From IMG/VR virus record IMGVR_UViG_3300050821_003995, positions 1 through 64,000 of that record: 64,000 bases of DNA; one strand, written 5' to 3'. The notes below the pieces were generated by a model, which saw only the letters and a program-made list of their open reading frames with translations, had not been told where the DNA came from and did no database searches. Positions 27,533-37,578 of this stretch are shown here, piece by piece (the stretch's first letter is position 1; the number at the start of each line of letters is the position of its first letter). This DNA is from a virus. A program made the translations under genes and the position numbers.

Positions 27533-28167
27533 TCAGTGTGCCCTGTTGCCCAAACTATACGTCCCGTCGCCGTGCTGCTCCACCCACCTGAGCCAGCGCC
27601 AGTAGCCGTTGCGGCACTGCACCGGCCACCAAGCTATCTTGTACCAGCCAAACGGGTCGGTAACATGGCGAAGCTCAGCATCGTAACTCTGGCACTGGAT
27701 AAAACCATCCTTCATTTTGTGGTAGGCGTAGTAGGGCACGAAGACCTTTCTGATCCTGGGCTGCATGCCCAACGCGCAGCAAGCACACCGGGTTTCCACA
27801 GAAATACCAAATAGAGTCATTTGTGGGCCTTCAGCTTCCAGTACAAATTAACCATATCGGTTTGGGTCATATGAATAGCCCTGTAGAGAGCCTTACGATC
27901 AATCCACGAAAGCAAAACTTCGCGCCCAGTGCCACTATTGGTGCTGTTATCAGAATTTATCTTAGCTTCGGTCAAAAGTTTTATTCCATAGTCCTCATTG
28001 GCGGTCCAAATGCCCAGTGAAGAGCCCCTATGAACCATGACGTGAGAACCTACCACCCAGTTATTGCGGTTCTCAAGCAATCGAAGTACTTCCTGACAAG
28101 TAGGCGAAGGCTGCCGGTTGAGCCATCGCAGCCATATCCTTTCCCAAATGCACCGCCACCAGTTCAT
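27533..28167 (-). CDS. two hypothetical proteins (27533-27820, 27817-28167)
   Basis: Coupled ORFs with ATGA overlaps. Confidence 0.5.
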
Positions 28168-28643
28168 ACGGACACCACAACAACACCCCCAATGGCGCTG
28201 AACGCCAAGCAGCAGCCAACCGGGGTTATCTTGTTGGCAGGGACATAAAGACGTGGCAAGATATGCACAAACTCAGCGGCAGCAGGCAACAGTTCGGAAC
28301 AGATCCAGCGTTCGGGGTTGCGCCAATCGCGCCCGGTCACAAACCCCCAAATTGCAGAACTATCGTAAGGCTTGCCCACCTGATTGCGCAGGTAGCCATA
28401 GAAGCCCTGTTCCTGTTCGTCAGAGCAAGGAACTTCCATGACCACCCGGCGCACAAAGGTAGAATAATCAGCGGGCCGGATTTGCACCCCACCTTCAGTG
28501 CCACCAATAGGCCGATGCCGCGCCCCCAATAGCCGCCCGTCGGGGAATACAGCGTCCACGTGGCTGAACTCGCCGGCCCCAAACCAAGCAATCAAGCCTG
28601 AGGCCATGTGAGCTTCGCGCACGAACTGAAGGGTGATGGGCAT
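28164..28643 (-). CDS. permuted NlpC/P60 (YiiX/YaeF-like) enzyme
   Basis: FSHV...GKPYD...WICSEL (His precedes Cys). Confidence 0.8.
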   Translation of the reverse strand: MPITLQFVREAHMASGLIAWFGAGEFSHVDAVFPDGRLLGARHRPIGGTEGGVQIRPADYSTFVRRVVMEVPCSDEQEQGFYGYLRNQVGKPYDSSAIWGFVTGRDWRNPERWICSELLPAAAEFVHILPRLYVPANKITPVGCCLAFSAIGGVVVVSV

Positions 28644-28663
28644 ACCCTAACTATACGTCGCTT

Positions 28664-28891
28664 TCAGGCAGCCAAGCGCTCAAAAGTGATCTTGACCCTA
28701 TCACCGGGTGAAAGTGAAGGCTTTTCGTCGCCCAAGTACAGAGCCTCGTGGCTATGTTCAAAATTGACATACCAGCCGCAGGACTTTCTGGCGAAGCTGG
28801 CCTTGCCGCCTTCAAAGCCAACGCCTATGACTTCCGTGCCCTCGTGCACGGCTTTGACAACGGCAAAGACCACGTAATTGATCTTGGGCAT
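28664..28891 (-). CDS. hypothetical protein
   Basis: MPKINYVV...; AAGGGA SD. Confidence 0.5.
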   Translation of the reverse strand: MPKINYVVFAVVKAVHEGTEVIGVGFEGGKASFARKSCGWYVNFEHSHEALYLGDEKPSLSPGDRVKITFERLAA

Positions 28892-28965
28892 GGGCGTATC
28901 CCTTAGTTCGTAACCCCAATACAAGAACCCAAGAGCAATGTCCAGTCGAATTCAGGAACCTCAAA

Positions 28966-29250
28966 ATGAAACCGGCTACCACCAAGGATTTCAAAGCCAG
29001 ATTGCAGTGGCTGTACCCAGGACAGGAACTAAGCCACTGGTACTTGCTGTGCGATCCACAAACCGTGAGCCTGCCCACCTATATCAAGGGTAGGGCCAAA
29101 CGCACGCTGTTGAGGAACAGCCATCACGGTTGCTGGCGTCAGGTGATTACACTGGGTGACAAGAACTTGGACGGCGCGAATACCCAATGGGCATTTGTGG
29201 ACAACCCCGGCGTGCCAATCACGCTGGATGATTGTGAAGCCAAACGATAG
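28966..29250 (+). CDS. LPxxIExRA-motif family protein
   Basis: SLPTYIKGRAKRTL. Confidence 0.6.
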   Translation: MKPATTKDFKARLQWLYPGQELSHWYLLCDPQTVSLPTYIKGRAKRTLLRNSHHGCWRQVITLGDKNLDGANTQWAFVDNPGVPITLDDCEAKR

Positions 29251-29521
29251 CATTTTCAGAATCTATATTGGCTACTCAGACGTGATCCTGAGAAGTATGT
29301 TATCTAAAGATATGAAGGTCAAATTCGTGGTGCGCAATTCGTGGGGAGGAGGCACCGCATACAGGCAGGGGGAGGACCTCTTTCATCTCATCGGGCCGTG
29401 CTTCCTGGGCGGTGGTGTCGTGCCAGTGGGGTGTGTCTGGAGCCATGCGGGGCTCTGGAGGAGCGCGGGAGCTTCTCAGCTCCCGCTTCCTGCTCCTCAG
29501 TGGGTTAGCGGGGGGGGGGGG

Positions 29522-29713
29522 CTAGAGCTGCGCCAGAACGCCATCGCAGATCTTCTTACGGAGCTGGTGCGCGTCTATTGCGCGTTGACGCCACAACTCC
29601 ATTTGGGATGATCCGGTTGTCCACAAGCTGTTCTCACAGCGGCGGTACTCAGACTCAGCAACGGCCAATGCTTGATTAAGTGTCGCCATTTCCTCGGGGG
29701 TTAGCCTTGTCAT
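29522..29713 (-). CDS. hypothetical protein
   Basis: AAGGAG SD; 63 aa. Confidence 0.5.
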   Translation of the reverse strand: MTRLTPEEMATLNQALAVAESEYRRCENSLWTTGSSQMELWRQRAIDAHQLRKKICDGVLAQL

Positions 29714-30026
29714 GATCCTGCTCCTTGTTCGTGCCCCTGCTGTGGGGCATTGCTTATTTCGATATCACGTTGCAGGCATAATCACAATGCACCTAGCTAT
29801 GAAAGATAGCATGGCGGTATGCAAACAAACATGCCTTTTCTCGTTTCAACCCCATTGTGTTTTGCCTTCAAATAAATTACTATTGTTTTGTTGGTTGGGC
29901 ACGGGCATATAGCCCTAAAGGCTCAAAATACTACCGCACTAGCCGCACTGAGCGGTTTGCAGGGTAGCCCAACGGGCCGCGCGGTGCGCCCACACAAAGT
30001 CACCGCACAAGCAAGGGTAAACTACA

Positions 30027-30521
30027 ATGGCACAAGTGAAGCATATCAGCTACTACACCAACGTCACCGCGTCATGGTCAAAAGCTGACCTGGGCAAAAT
30101 GCCCAGTGAGGCCAACCTGTCACTGGCGCACGTTTTTGGGCGGCCCGGCAAGCAAAGCATGGCCGTTGCAATGGCGTTGCGTGACGGCGGCGTGACCGGC
30201 AAGCAAATCAAGCTTGCCAGTGCGCTGTTTGACGGCAAGGCTACCCCGCAACTCAATCACATGCGTGACTTGATTGCGGCCAAGCTGTTCACCCGTGAGG
30301 CCGTCAGCGGCGCCTATGTGATAACCCTGGCACCCAAGGGTCAACAGTTTGTTGATCTGCACGGCGCCAAGGCGGCCGCCAAGGTGACCGGTGACAAACC
30401 GGCCGCCAAGGCCGCCAAGCCGCGCAAAGCCAAAAAGGTGAGCGTGGCGCCGGTCACTGAAACGCCTGTCAGTGAAGCCCCTACGGTCAGTGAAGGCCAA
30501 CCGGCTGAATTGACCGCCTAG
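30027..30521 (+). CDS. winged-helix-like DNA-binding protein with Lys/Ala tail
   Basis: PGKQSMAVAMALRDGGVT..I pattern (DUF3489-like); KAAKPRKAKK tail. Confidence 0.6.
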   Translation: MAQVKHISYYTNVTASWSKADLGKMPSEANLSLAHVFGRPGKQSMAVAMALRDGGVTGKQIKLASALFDGKATPQLNHMRDLIAAKLFTREAVSGAYVITLAPKGQQFVDLHGAKAAAKVTGDKPAAKAAKPRKAKKVSVAPVTETPVSEAPTVSEGQPAELTA

Positions 30522-30698
30522 CCACCCTGCCCGGTTGCTGGCGCGCAAATGCGCCAGTGGCTGGGCATTTCACTTTTGAACGGGGCCGTCTTCGCGGCGG
30601 CCTCTTTTTCTTGTCCTTTTCCTTCTTCCTTCCCGCCCCAGCGCTTCTTCCAGAGCGCGACCGGAGGCTCGTCGACTCTAGACTGCGACCGGCTCATC

Positions 30699-31232
30699 TC
30701 AATCGTTCGCCCATCCGTGTCTTTTTGTCTTCTGGACAAATGTGTTCTTTGGTTGAAGCCTTCGAATCATCTCATCCAAGCGTTGTCGCTTAGGCTCATC
30801 GAGCTCATCCACGTGATCAGTCATCTTGGAGTAATAGTGTTTCTGCTTAATGCACTGAATCCTGTGCTTCGTGATCTTGTAGTCACCTGCAATTTCAGCG
30901 TAGTTCCGTTTGTCTAGATAGACTGCAAGCACAACAGCCATAGGAAGTTCTTTGTACACCCATCCTCGCGTAGACTTCCTATTGACGTTGTACTCAATGT
31001 GATTGTCTTGGCTCAGGATGCATTTGGTGTTGTCCCACGTGTATGGGCCTTTGTCTTCGTGACGTGCCATCACATATTGATCGCGACAACACCCACGTTT
31101 ATTCATCCAGTCATCGCCAAGATGGTGCTTCCACCAAACAACCCATTCATCGTAGGTGAAATCAAATTTAATGCCACGCCGTAGCGCCGTGCTCTTCTGC
31201 TGTCTGAACGCGGTACGAAGCTTGGAACGCAT
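30699..31232 (-). CDS. free-standing HNH-like endonuclease, paralog 1
   Basis: RGIKFDFTYDEW..WW...YVMARHEDKGPY..DN..CI. Confidence 0.7.
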   Translation of the reverse strand: MRSKLRTAFRQQKSTALRRGIKFDFTYDEWVVWWKHHLGDDWMNKRGCCRDQYVMARHEDKGPYTWDNTKCILSQDNHIEYNVNRKSTRGWVYKELPMAVVLAVYLDKRNYAEIAGDYKITKHRIQCIKQKHYYSKMTDHVDELDEPKRQRLDEMIRRLQPKNTFVQKTKRHGWAND

Positions 31233-32231
31233 CTAGAACCCCTACACTACATTAGGCTCATCCTCTACACCTCTAGACACCAACTGTCTAGGTTACCCTA
31301 CGAGCGCAGCAATTACCCTCGCATTTAATCATGGTTTATTCGCTCAGCCTGTGGCATGGTGGTTTTGTTGTTAGCGGCACCTTGCCCCTGAAACCTGACA
31401 CCCTACCTAGCAGGTGCTTCAGGCTCACAGGTACCGGCCACAACACCGCCCCGGCTCAGGTTTGTTGCGTGCCGGGGCGGTTACTACCCAAAGGTTTTGA
31501 CCTGCCCCCGCAAGGCGCTAATGCGGCCGGGTGGTGACCGCCCTAGCAAAGGCTTTGCCTGGGATACGCCACCAAGCTCCCCGGCCTAGCCTAAAGGTGG
31601 TGACGCGGTTTGCCCCGTTAAGTACCCGCCCTAGTACCCCACAGGCAAATGTGGAGCAGGAAGACCGGTACTAGGTTAGGCGGGGGCCGATCAAAGCCTT
31701 ATGGTGTGTATTATGGAACGGTAACGTACTGCTGACCGAAGCCAATGACCCTGCCAACCTGTTGAATTGGGGAAGCGGGAAGTACAGGCAAGAATACCCG
31801 TTCTTCTGGATTGAGAGGAGCTCACCTGCGTCGCATTCGCTTGCGGCGACGAGCGCCTTACGCAGGCGTACCAACAAAATCGTCCAGAGTCAAGTCGGAG
31901 TCCAGAAGATTTAATAGCTGAAGATCACCCACAGAAGCAGGAACAGGACGATCAGCAATGTTAGCATTACACGGCTAGTCGAGTTCATCTATGTTATTAC
32001 TCTTGTCACACGTCTTAGATCACTGCCAATGCTAAGAACCTCAATGTGCTGCGCTCTGGACGCATTTATAAATAGGTTCGTCCACTCACGCTGGCATACC
32101 GGGCAATACGCTTTCCCATTCAGGATCGGTGCTCTGCTCCTAGGAGCCCAAACAAAGCCATCCGCATGCCACCGCCTAATCAACATTGTTTGACTATGTA
32201 TATTGCAAAACCAGCTTCTCATCCTGTATTC

Positions 32232-32498
32232 CTAAGATCGCCGAATACCTAGAATACTCTTTTTCAACTGTTGAAAGATTGACGCTTTAGGCTTGTCTAT
32301 ATCAAAAGGTGCCTGCTTTGGCTTCTCATACCCCACAAACTGATCGTGCCTGATAAATACCTTCCCGTCACGCATCTTCATAATACCCCGTGCCTTGCCT
32401 TCTATCACCTGAAACAGTGTGAATTGGGCGTCCGTTCTGTACCAGTACCCATCGTCATCCTGCCAACCTTTCAGTTCAGTTTTTGTGTCCTCACTCAC
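32232..32498 (-). CDS. LPxxIExRA-motif family protein
   Basis: TLFQVIEGKARGIMKMRDG. Confidence 0.65.
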   Translation of the reverse strand: MSEDTKTELKGWQDDDGYWYRTDAQFTLFQVIEGKARGIMKMRDGKVFIRHDQFVGYEKPKQAPFDIDKPKASIFQQLKKSILGIRRS

Positions 32499-32770
32499 GG
32501 TATTTCATCCCTCCAAAGCATCCACGCCTGCCAGCCCACCAGTACTTGGATCGTTACGCCCATTGCTTCCAGCTTCTTGAGTGTCAACTTCTCATTATTG
32601 ATTGCTCTTTCAGCTTCATCTACCCAGCTTGGTGTGTAATGATCTTTATCCAGCCTTTGAGTGATCCTGTCTAATGCGCCCGGCATGAATACGTGTTGGG
32701 CTTCCAGTTGCCTGAGCGTGGTTGCAATGATGTCCCTGGTTGAGATCATCTGGGTGTGCTCCGTGCCCAT
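32495..32770 (-). CDS. hypothetical protein
   Basis: Coupled ORF within the cluster. Confidence 0.5.
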   Translation of the reverse strand: MGTEHTQMISTRDIIATTLRQLEAQHVFMPGALDRITQRLDKDHYTPSWVDEAERAINNEKLTLKKLEAMGVTIQVLVGWQAWMLWRDEIP

Positions 32771-32955
32771 TCATCCTGTGAATCCTTGATCTTAACATAA
32801 ATTTCCCCATTGACCCGCTTCATCGTACCCTTGGCATTCCCCTCAATCCATTGTGGCACCGTGACACCTGCCGGGTGTACCCTGATCCACCTGATCCAGT
32901 TGCCCTTGCCATCATCCTCCAGCATGGTGCCGTTGTAAAATTCCCTGACGGTCAT
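32746..32955 (-). CDS. LPxxIExRA-motif family protein
   Basis: TVPQWIEGNAKGTMKRVNG. Confidence 0.65.
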   Translation of the reverse strand: MTVREFYNGTMLEDDGKGNWIRWIRVHPAGVTVPQWIEGNAKGTMKRVNGEIYVKIKDSQDEWARSTPR

Positions 32956-33215
32956 CTTGTTGATGTCCTTGGTGCGCCCATGACCAAATAGCTTGGCAGC
33001 GAGAAAATTGTCTGATTGCTCTTGATAATCTCAATAGGTGCCAGCAGGAACACCCTGTTGCAATCACACGTCCTGAAATGAATCTTTTCATGCACAAGTT
33101 TAACATCATAGCCAAGCTCCATGGTTCCCCTGGCCCTGCCTTCAATCCACCTAGGAATACTGATCTTGTCCCTGTTGATTACAAACCACCAAAACTGCGG
33201 TAGAATATTAGTCAT
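32952..33215 (-). CDS. LPxxIExRA-motif family protein
   Basis: SIPRWIEGRARGTME. Confidence 0.65.
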   Translation of the reverse strand: MTNILPQFWWFVINRDKISIPRWIEGRARGTMELGYDVKLVHEKIHFRTCDCNRVFLLAPIEIIKSNQTIFSLPSYLVMGAPRTSTR

Positions 33216-33406
33216 GATCGTGGGATTGTCCTCAGGATGTATAGGGCGCCGTACATTTTCTTGATCGTCCCCCTTGCGGTTCTCTCAATATACTCGGGAA
33301 GAGTCAGGCTTTTGAGTTCTACCGGTTCCCAATAACTTTGGGTGTTGTCTTCGTTCATCGGTTCCCACACCCTGGTGGGCTTGGTCCAGTGCGGTGGCCA
33401 GTTCAT
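33212..33406 (-). CDS. LPxxIExRA-motif family protein
   Basis: TLPEYIERTARGTIKKMYG. Confidence 0.65.
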   Translation of the reverse strand: MNWPPHWTKPTRVWEPMNEDNTQSYWEPVELKSLTLPEYIERTARGTIKKMYGALYILRTIPRS

Positions 33407-34083
33407 CTAGTCGTTCTCGTACAAGTAGTTGCCCCTTCTCACGGCTAGCGTTTTGCCCTCATGTTCGTATGAGGCTTCTTCAAACGCATGGCCGGTTGAC
33501 ATCCCTGCTAGGGTTTCGGTTTGCAGCGAGCCATCATCCAGCAGTTGCAGGCATTCGTATTCCCATACCTTGCTGCCGTCAGCGTCATCCGCACCCGCAT
33601 CGTGCACCGGGCAACCTGCGCTGCCGCCCGCATTACACGTACAGGTCTTCCAGCCTAAGCCTAGGTGCTTGACCACCCATTTTTCGTCGGCGGTTTGTGA
33701 CATCTTCATCCTCCTTTCTTTTTGTTGCTCAGCCACACCCAAAATTCCCGCGTCAGGTGTTGCTGGTAGTTTTGCCAATAGGAATGCTTTTGCCGTGCCC
33801 GCAGCAAATCTTTGGTGATGGGGAATTTCATCACATTGGCAAACCTGTACTGATTGCTGTCGGAATCAGGTGAGGCTGCCTGGGCAATGTGCCAAGCCCA
33901 TGCGGCCGCCCGTTGCTGCGGCGTGCGTCGGTCAACAGCGCAAGCCTCAACCATTTTACGGCCGCCCATGCCGCTTGCCTTGCGGGCTTGCGCTGCCGCT
34001 GCCGTGGGGTTGGCCGCGTAGGCAAAATGCCATTCATGCCATGCCCCGTTTGTGAGATTCACCTTGTACCATTCTTTGGCCAT
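33407..34083 (-). CDS. two hypothetical proteins (about 33407-33709 and 33706-34083)
   Basis: Coupled ORFs with SDs. Confidence 0.5.
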
Positions 34084-34189
34084 GATGCTTCACCTTGGTT
34101 TGGGTTTAACAGCGCAGCATAGCAAACCTGGGGCGAAGTTTCACCTGGGATTATGGAGATCTTGCGACTGAGCGTTTCACCGGCACGTT

Positions 34190-34468
34190 TCACGTTCCAT
34201 GTTTGTCTCCATACAGCATCTTGATCAGGTCCTGATCCATTTGATCATACATCCCGTCCAGTGCTGCCTTGCGTTCTTCCTCAACCTGAGCGTTGTATTC
34301 GTCCCACGTCATCGGTATGAGTTCCCGAATGACGCCGTTTTCACGCTTCATCGTGCCGCGTGCGCGCTTCTCAATGAACTCTGGAAGTGGGACACGGCGG
34401 GTGACAGTCTTCCAGAATGCCGCCAGGGCATTCGGCTTGAGGGTGTCGCTCTCAAACTCTGGTTCCAT
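34190..34468 (-). CDS. LPxxIExRA-motif family protein
   Basis: PLPEFIEKRARGTMKRENG. Confidence 0.65.
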   Translation of the reverse strand: MEPEFESDTLKPNALAAFWKTVTRRVPLPEFIEKRARGTMKRENGVIRELIPMTWDEYNAQVEEERKAALDGMYDQMDQDLIKMLYGDKHGT

Positions 34469-35084
34469 GCTTCATCTCATTGCGCTTGCGGTCCAGCAGT
34501 TTCTTGATCTCATCTTTGGGCATGGTGCCAAGCTTTGCCAACAGTTCGCGCACCTTGGGATCACGTGGCCGTGACCGTTCGGGTATCTTGCGACCAAGCA
34601 TGGCGCAGCTATTGGCACGCTTGCGCTTGTGATCCTTGCCCGTCCACGTGATATAACCCAATAGTATTCCCAACGCGGCGGCACGTCCATATTCGTGGCT
34701 TGAGTAGGTAATGTGTTCTTCCCATGTTTGACCCTCGTGCTGCCTCATGGTGCCCTTGGCGCGTCCTTCAATAAACTCAGGCAGCGGGGTCGTCCCTTTG
34801 GGCAAGATCAGCCATTCACGATGCTTGTGCTGCATGATCTTGAACGGCATGTTGGCCATCGCATCGCGCCACTTCTCAAACCAATAGCCTTTGTCGCGCG
34901 TGTCCCATTCGTGCTTGAGGGGAACCGCTTTGATCGCGGTGGCATTCTTTTGGTAACGGGTAAATGTTTCCAGAGCATCATCATCAGACGATGCTGGTGT
35001 CTTACACCAATCCTTATAGGGCTCTTGCTCATAGCCCAGGTTATCCAATGGCTGGTATTGCCAGTACCTTACGTCATACCACAT
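34452..35084 (-). CDS. LPxxIExRA-motif family protein (long)
   Basis: PLPEFIEGRAKGTMRQHEG. Confidence 0.65.
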   Translation of the reverse strand: MWYDVRYWQYQPLDNLGYEQEPYKDWCKTPASSDDDALETFTRYQKNATAIKAVPLKHEWDTRDKGYWFEKWRDAMANMPFKIMQHKHREWLILPKGTTPLPEFIEGRAKGTMRQHEGQTWEEHITYSSHEYGRAAALGILLGYITWTGKDHKRKRANSCAMLGRKIPERSRPRDPKVRELLAKLGTMPKDEIKKLLDRKRNEMKHGTRV

Positions 35085-35120
35085 ACCAGCACCCTAGCAT
35101 ATTGATAACGAGTTTGCAGC

Positions 35121-35161
35121 GAAAATTAAAGAGCCAGCGCCTTTCTATCGGCCGCTGGCTC
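35121..35161 (-). terminator. intrinsic terminator
   Basis: GAGCCAGCG/CGCTGGCTC stem followed by TTTAATTTT on the minus strand. Confidence 0.6.
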
Positions 35162-36035
35162 CAGTTCCAAAAAGGTCCAATTTGGGGGGGTTACTTCATG
35201 CTCATCCTCCTAAGTCATTGCTGGTGCCACCCCACAATCACTTTGGCGTGCCCACACAGTAATTCACCTAACCGGCGAACTTGCAACAGAATTTTTGGAC
35301 CGCATCGCATCAACTCGTAATTAGGCGTAGTTTATTCGTTTGAAATTTGCTGTAGTGGTTAAGTGTGCCCTGTAGTCGTCACCTTGGCGGCTTTGACCGG
35401 GCACGTTTTGATAGGGGCACCTAACCCCTAGCTGCGCTGCCCCAGTGTACCGGGCAGCCTATGATAACAACGGGCAAACCTCAACCGTTGCCAAGCAAGC
35501 CGGTCAAACCGGCACGCTGCACTTGATGGGATAAACTGATAATGCGTATGCCCCAATACGGTCAAAGCAAAAAGCGCCTTGTGGCGCCAATGCTGCCGCG
35601 CGAAAATGCGCTGCTTGGCCGTGTTCACTATCATGCAAAGCGTGACCGTAAAAAGTCACGCAACGATCACCGGGTGTACCATTGGGATATTGGCTTCAAT
35701 AAAGTCGATAACGGCCCAAGGTTTTGAACGTCACTAAGCGGCAGGCAATTGGAAGGCAGCAGGGCAATTGATCCCGTAGGGTGGCCGTATCAGCCGTCCT
35801 ATCCCGTCCCCCGGTTGCGTGGCACTTGATTGGGCCACGTCGGGCGTCAGCGGCGAAGCTATGCCCACAAGCCACTTGCAGATAATTGGCAAAAGGGCTG
35901 ATCCACGTCAGCATCGTTCATTTCAAATTAGATGACCCACCAAGTAAAATTCCAAGGTGAAAACCCTTGGCCGGGCGCTCCCCGCGCGAACATGGGCATT
36001 TGGTTTGAAGACCTGAGTGATGTTGCCCCTGTCAG

Positions 36036-36515
36036 CTAACCTTTGATGCCAATAGAAGCGCGTGTTTTTCTTGAGGGTAAGTTCTGTGTTACGTGTTTCC
36101 AATACTTGCCCCGGCATATGTCCTGAACATAACCACGGTTTAGGCCATATTGCCGGGCAAGCTTCTTGTACCCCAATGGTGATGTGTAAAGAGCAATGAC
36201 TTGTTCTTTAGTCAATTTAGCATTGTGGTGGTTCTCACCACATCTTGCTAGATGATTGCAATTATACTTACCAGCCGCAGTGTTCTCAGTTGCTAAAATG
36301 CACTGAACATTGTTTGGATGATAAGGGCCAACATCATTGTTCCGTGCCATTACATATTGACCATGATGCAACCCCCGCTTCTCAAACCAGCGGTAACCTA
36401 GGTGGTCTTCCCACCACTCAACCCATTCATCGAATGTAAATTGAAACTTGATGCCCCGGTTCCTGGCGGCAGAACGCTGCCAACTAAAAGCATCACGTAT
36501 TCTATCTTTTGACAT
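36036..36515 (-). CDS. free-standing HNH-like endonuclease, paralog 2
   Basis: RGIKFQFTFDEWVEWW...YVMARNNDVGPY..NNVQCI; C-terminal GENHHNAKLT..V HTH. Confidence 0.75.
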   Translation of the reverse strand: MSKDRIRDAFSWQRSAARNRGIKFQFTFDEWVEWWEDHLGYRWFEKRGLHHGQYVMARNNDVGPYHPNNVQCILATENTAAGKYNCNHLARCGENHHNAKLTKEQVIALYTSPLGYKKLARQYGLNRGYVQDICRGKYWKHVTQNLPSRKTRASIGIKG

Positions 36516-36587
36516 AAGTGCCCCTTGATTGAATTGTATATAACAACACATAACCCGACCCCACAACCTCAAACTAAGGAGACTGCA

Positions 36588-36976
36588 ATGAAATACAATG
36601 TGATCTTTAGCCGCGAAGTGTTTTACTCAGTTCAAGTGGATGCTGCCAATGCTGAAGATGCTCAGCACATGGCAGAAGAAATCTTGGACCCGCCAAGCCA
36701 CTACTTCGCTGAGAGCAAAATTGAGTTCTCAAGCGTCGAACCGGATGGAAACTAGCCATGACGCAGAACCCGAACTGTGACGGCGACAAGTGCCAGTACG
36801 GCACAGGTGAAGTCCGCGTCTACCCGTTGGGTGGCGGCGGCAATCTCATCTTGTGCCGTGCGTGCTGGATACACGAAAACAATTACCGCCATTCCCGTGG
36901 CGTTGAAACGGGAGCACCTGAGAATTGGCCCCAGGTCATGTGGGCCTCATCCAAAGTCTACAACACAGGAGCTTAG
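36588..36976 (+). CDS. two small early proteins (36588-36755, 36758-36976)
   Basis: AAGGAG SD; first genes of the plus-strand arm. Confidence 0.6.
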
Positions 36977-36979
36977 ATC

Positions 36980-37429
36980 ATGTCGACACGTGCCTTATAC
37001 TCGTTCATCGGTGACGATGGTAGCTACAACATCTACAAACACCACGATGGATATCCAAGTGGGGCTGCAAAAGCAATAAAATGCACCATCGACTGGTTTG
37101 CGTGGCAATTACCACGCTACGAAAGCGATGAATTTGCAGCGGCGTTCTGTGCTGCCGGGAAAACTCATAGCTTTGAGAACGTTGACGAACTTGTTCTTTA
37201 TGCCACAAACTATGGCCCGAAGGGTCAGTACCACACTTCCAAAGGTGGTGGCGTGCGTCTCATGCCACAAGGCAACCCCGGTGAGGTGGCTTGCAAGAAT
37301 TGCAGCGACATTGCGTACCGCTATGAGATCAAAATGGGCACGCCACTTCCCGAATATATTGAAAAACGCGCCCGTAAGATTGCACAAACCCCAACCCTTC
37401 TTGTCAAAGCATTTGAAGGCAATTGGTAG
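36980..37429 (+). CDS. phage protein with embedded LPEYIEKRA motif; possible amber-truncated C-terminus (to 37516)
   Basis: MSTRA..IYKHHDGYPSG..DIAYRYEI; frame continues 28 codons past the TAG. Confidence 0.7.
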   Translation: MSTRALYSFIGDDGSYNIYKHHDGYPSGAAKAIKCTIDWFAWQLPRYESDEFAAAFCAAGKTHSFENVDELVLYATNYGPKGQYHTSKGGGVRLMPQGNPGEVACKNCSDIAYRYEIKMGTPLPEYIEKRARKIAQTPTLLVKAFEGNW

Positions 37430-37578
37430 GATGGCGTGGCAAAAGAAACTGAAATCTTCAGCGGCACCTTTGACAAGTTCTATACCTGGGTCATGAAGAA
37501 GGAAAAAGCTGCCTAAGTGTTACTAGAGCCCACTGCTAAGCCGGTGGGCTTCAGGGAACCCTTGCAGAGGAGTGGATT

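Noticed and set aside
32232-35084. Diversity-generating retroelement behind the motif family
   Set aside because: No reverse transcriptase in the window and no near-identical DNA repeat pair differing at adenines; similarity is at protein level only.
37427-37429. Genome-wide TAG reassignment
   Set aside because: Many genes end properly at TAG (e.g. portal, adaptor, intron HNH, methyltransferase), and long genes are intact in code 11.
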